Below are positions 28,723 to 32,000 of a DNA stretch of 32,000 nucleotides, piece after piece (positions within the stretch are counted from its first letter, which is position 1; every line of letters starts with the position of its first letter). The notes below the pieces were generated by a model. It saw only the letters and a list, made by a program, of their open reading frames with translations. It searched no databases and had not been told where the DNA came from. Origin of the DNA: Candidatus Kuenenia stuttgartensis (GTDB lineage Bacteria > Planctomycetota > Brocadiia > Brocadiales > Brocadiaceae); NCBI RefSeq assembly GCF_900232105.1, contig NZ_LT934425.1:4080001-4112000 (forward strand), given 5' to 3'. A program made the translations under genes and the position numbers.

Positions 28723-30477
28723 TTACTGTTGTGATGCATCACGTCTCTTTTTCCAAATAGCAGCGCTAATCATAAGTACTGCAACGCCACCAATAATACT
28801 GCCTAAAATACCGGCAAGACCTTTTCTCTTCTTTGACTCCAAAAGTTCGTCTAATTTCTTTAATTTTTTGAGTTGTTCAGCCTGACTCTCTAACTTGTTA
28901 ATACCCTGATACACCTTTGCTGCTCCATACCACCAGGCTATATCTTGCTGTCCATGAGCAACGCCCTTATATGCATGTGCCTTGTCACCAAACCACATAT
29001 TTGCATACTCTAATTCTATCTGAGAAGGGTTGTTCTTTCCAGTCATAAATACTCCATACAGCCCCAAAATAGGTCCTATTACAGGCACTTTCCCACCAGT
29101 AGTTTTAAAAGCACTGTATACAGCTTCACCTAACAGACCTGGTCCTAGCGCATCAGCAAGAATATCACCAAGCGGAAAGATATCTCTTTTCTTAATAGGT
29201 ACTTCAAACGCATCAAGCGCTACTATTTCGTCAAGAATACCTTGCGCCCTATCCTGCAACCTCCACATTTCAAACATAAACTCGTCTAAATTCTCCCGAT
29301 ATAACCTTGCAAACCTAGGGCTATGGCACTTACTGCATACATTGACCCACTGCTCAGATCTCTTTTTGTTTTCAGGAGAATAAACGTCTAGTTTATAGTT
29401 CATCGGTGGTAAATTAATGCCGTAAGGATAATCTTTTAATGATGATTTATATTCAATCCCTTTAGGAGGAATAGTTCCCATCCTCCATACACCTTTAGTG
29501 ACAGGGTTATGTGCAAATGTTCCATTTCCCTGGTCAAAATGACAAAACTGACACGTGGGTGTTCTATAATCTTTGCCAGGAACTACCTCAGCCAAAGGCT
29601 TTTCCCAGTCCCAGTGTTCACCTTCCATGTGATAAATATATCCCATCTTCGATTCACTATACGTTTCAGCATCCGGATGATCAAAACCCATGTGGCAACT
29701 CATACAGGCTTCTGGTCTCCGGCCTTCCGCTGCTGCAAATTTATGTCTTGAGTGACATATGTTGCAACGGTCTGTTGCATGACATAAATCGCAACCGAAC
29801 TGTGCTGCCGGATAACCTCTTCTAAACATCTCTGGATACCACGGTGGTACCACATTTGCCATAAGGCCGTCAATGTGATTAGGTCTGCCTCGTTCTCTTT
29901 CACCCATAAATTCAGTTACTTCTTTTGGGTGACATTCACCACAATGAGCAGGCGTAGGCATATGTAACTCCTTATGATCTTTCCCGTGGCAATCGCTACA
30001 GGTGACCTCTTTCAACTCACGACCAATAAGTTTTTCTATTTGTTGTGTCTTTTCGGCAAATTGCGGGGACTTTTTAGGATTCGCGTGTGTCGAATCCTTC
30101 CAGTCATTCACAAACCCAGGCGTAACCTCTTCATGGCACGTAACACAATCAGTAGGTTTAAATCTTTCTAAAAGTTGGTCATAATAAGTACCATCTGGTT
30201 TCACGTAGTGCCTCCCCGGGAACCAATACATCTGCAATGGCACTGGTTTATATAACTCCATCCAGGGCCCTGCACCCTTTTCCAGCCCAACATTAGCCCC
30301 GAGCCAATCCCACATTGGCAATGGTTCATTTGGATATAGAATCTCATAGTAACTGGTTGCTTTTTTTTGTAATTCTTTTAAATTTGCCTCAGCCTTCACT
30401 TCTTTAACATTTGAAAAAAAGACACACATTAAAAAAGGGATAGCGATTAGTACCGCTCTCATCCTGTGAAACTTCAT
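28723..30477 (-). CDS. Octaheme c-type cytochrome, hydroxylamine oxidoreductase (HAO)-like, with C-terminal membrane anchor
   Basis: 584 aa with 8 CxxCH motifs (CVTCH, CSDCH, CGECH, CDLCH, CNICH, CMSCH, CQFCH, CSKCH), N-terminal signal-like sequence, C-terminal TM segment GILGSIIGGVAVLMISAAIWKKRR, and HAO-like CVTCHEEVTPGFVNDWKDSTHA. Confidence 0.88.
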   Translation of the reverse strand: MKFHRMRAVLIAIPFLMCVFFSNVKEVKAEANLKELQKKATSYYEILYPNEPLPMWDWLGANVGLEKGAGPWMELYKPVPLQMYWFPGRHYVKPDGTYYDQLLERFKPTDCVTCHEEVTPGFVNDWKDSTHANPKKSPQFAEKTQQIEKLIGRELKEVTCSDCHGKDHKELHMPTPAHCGECHPKEVTEFMGERERGRPNHIDGLMANVVPPWYPEMFRRGYPAAQFGCDLCHATDRCNICHSRHKFAAAEGRRPEACMSCHMGFDHPDAETYSESKMGYIYHMEGEHWDWEKPLAEVVPGKDYRTPTCQFCHFDQGNGTFAHNPVTKGVWRMGTIPPKGIEYKSSLKDYPYGINLPPMNYKLDVYSPENKKRSEQWVNVCSKCHSPRFARLYRENLDEFMFEMWRLQDRAQGILDEIVALDAFEVPIKKRDIFPLGDILADALGPGLLGEAVYSAFKTTGGKVPVIGPILGLYGVFMTGKNNPSQIELEYANMWFGDKAHAYKGVAHGQQDIAWWYGAAKVYQGINKLESQAEQLKKLKKLDELLESKKRKGLAGILGSIIGGVAVLMISAAIWKKRRDASQQ

Positions 30478-30560
30478 TATTTTGCCTCCTCTTCCACTAA
30501 ATCCAGCATTATAATATTTCGTTTAAAAGATCCGCTTTACTGTTTAACTCTTTGAAAATG

Positions 30561-31652
30561 TCAATTTATTTTAGGGAGTTTGAATTCTTGCAAGCCTATA
30601 TCATCAGTGGCAGTAGTTTTATATGGTTCTGTATGTTCCGGAAAAAACCATTCATCACCTTTGCCATATTCCTGAAAAAATTTCAAACGCATTTCGTGAG
30701 CTCTTGTATGATGACAAGGTCCACAAATGTTATAAACTGTCCCAAACGTACCTATTTTCGCTATCTTCTGCCCTTCGGGAGCCTTACCAACTTCCATGAA
30801 ATATGCATATGTTTCACCTGCACCGTGACAAGCTTCACATGTTACCCCTTCTTCCGAGTAAGTACCGGTATCTGCATCATACCCAGTTGTATGACACTTA
30901 AAACATGTTGTTCTGTATGCCTCATTCCCCGCGATATAATCAGGCGCCTTTTTTACTTTTTCGAATGTCTTAAATTTTATCCGCTGCCATCTTTCAACAT
31001 GCGGAGAGGTTAGCCCGGTATGGCATTTCAAACACTTGTCACTCCCTACATAAATATTCTTATCACCCGTTATGCAAAAACGCTTGAAATCCCCCATTTC
31101 AATTCGCTGATTTGGGTCATTCTCTTCCGGGGTTAACGTTGCAAGTTCATCCCAAAATTCAAACAAAGGTTCCGCAGTTTTCAGTTTTTTCAACATATCT
31201 CGTCTTCCGACAACCATACCCTCATGCGCCATTTCTTCATTAAGCGCCCTTCCAATCCCACCGTGACAAACTGTACATCCGTAAATATCAGACGGAAAAT
31301 ATTTTGTGTTAGGATGAACCGCTACAAGTTTCCTTTCGTCAATGTGGCATGTTATACATCTGTCAACTTTATCGCCATTTTTGCCGTCTGTCCACGCATA
31401 GTCGCCTTTTAAAAGAATCTGCTTCACTTCGTACTTTGGACTTTTCAAAGAGGTTAGCCTCTTGCCCAACATTTCTCTTTCCTGTACTGAAGTCGCGGCA
31501 TTAAACTCCCTCTCAACTTCCTTTGCATTTTCTTTGTAATATTCTTCCTGATATTTCTTCCATTCAGGATTGAATTCTTCGTTGAACCAAACAAGCGTGC
31601 TGATAAAAAACATGCTACTAAAAACAAAAAATATCAGTCTTTGTATGCTCAT
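30561..31652 (-). CDS. Hexaheme c-type cytochrome, cytochrome c554-like, N-terminally anchored
   Basis: 363 aa with 6 CxxCH motifs (CITCH, CTVCH, CLKCH, CFKCH, CEACH, CGPCH); hydrophobic N-terminus LIFFVFSSMFFISTLVWF. Confidence 0.87.
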   Translation of the reverse strand: MSIQRLIFFVFSSMFFISTLVWFNEEFNPEWKKYQEEYYKENAKEVEREFNAATSVQEREMLGKRLTSLKSPKYEVKQILLKGDYAWTDGKNGDKVDRCITCHIDERKLVAVHPNTKYFPSDIYGCTVCHGGIGRALNEEMAHEGMVVGRRDMLKKLKTAEPLFEFWDELATLTPEENDPNQRIEMGDFKRFCITGDKNIYVGSDKCLKCHTGLTSPHVERWQRIKFKTFEKVKKAPDYIAGNEAYRTTCFKCHTTGYDADTGTYSEEGVTCEACHGAGETYAYFMEVGKAPEGQKIAKIGTFGTVYNICGPCHHTRAHEMRLKFFQEYGKGDEWFFPEHTEPYKTTATDDIGLQEFKLPKIN

Positions 31653-31689
31653 AAATCACCTGCCATAAGAAATATTTTTTGTACTAAAA

Positions 31690-32000
31690 TCATATGTTAA
31701 TCCAAGGTGTCGCTATAATATACTTAATATTAAAAGCAATCCTTAAAAACATTTTTAATACAATACCAATCATTGTAAGCATAAGCCCCATCGTTATGAC
31801 ATAACGTATAACGCCTATCCTATTAAAAAAATTACTATTAACCAAAATGGGAACAACTAATCCAACGAAATAAAAGCCTAACAACAATGCCATACCTACC
31901 GACAACGGCATATTATGTAAAGGCGGAGGCGTTGGAAAATCATGCGTCCATTTTTCCCACGGCCAAAAGAAAGACCAAAAAGGCCCTCTCAATGCTGTTC
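31690..32000 (-). CDS. C-terminal part of an integral membrane subunit, possibly cytochrome b/subunit-IV-like; truncated by the window end
   Basis: Three hydrophobic segments (VGMALLLGFYFVGLVVPILV, VIRYVITMGLMLTMIGIVLKMFL, ...). The track's 5' residue at 31992 is a TTG codon and the frame stays open to the window edge, so the true start is probably outside. Confidence 0.5.
   Translation of the reverse strand, partial: TALRGPFWSFFWPWEKWTHDFPTPPPLHNMPLSVGMALLLGFYFVGLVVPILVNSNFFNRIGVIRYVITMGLMLTMIGIVLKMFLRIAFNIKYIIATPWINI

Noticed and set aside
30552-31013. 153-aa plus-strand ORF overlapping the hexaheme cytochrome gene.
   Set aside because: Antisense to a gene with six CxxCH motifs; its Cys/Phe-rich sequence is the reverse of heme-binding codons.

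Overview
This 32 kb window contains mostly housekeeping and bioenergetic genes, plus one mobile-element-rich patch. Gene content resembles an anammox planctomycete such as Candidatus Kuenenia; that assignment is inference from recalled families, not a database search. In order: (1) a complete minus-strand N-type F-ATPase operon, atpD-C-Q-R-B-E-F-A-G, with no separate delta gene and a Na+-type c-subunit motif; (2) a site-2-protease/CBS gene; (3) a fused HAD + trehalose-phosphatase-like protein overlapping a GH65 phosphorylase gene; (4) an EttA-like ABC-F ATPase; (5) aspartokinase; (6) an AhbD-like radical SAM/SPASM protein; (7) citramalate synthase; (8) valyl-tRNA synthetase; (9) a zinc-ribbon/TPR/SUMF1-like protein; (10) two near-identical inverted IS1380-family elements bracketing a ureohydrolase (agmatinase-like) gene; (11) the 3' part of a cytochrome operon with an octaheme HAO-like protein, a hexaheme cytochrome and a partial membrane subunit. 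The less expected signals are intergenic: a 154-bp MITE-like inverted repeat with nested arms, three degenerate 7-nt-periodic tracts resembling short tandem heptad repeats, and a two-part dispersed motif upstream of lysC and the ureohydrolase gene. I found no CRISPR array, and I could not support any defence system, tRNA or rRNA. I see no convincing wholly new biological system.
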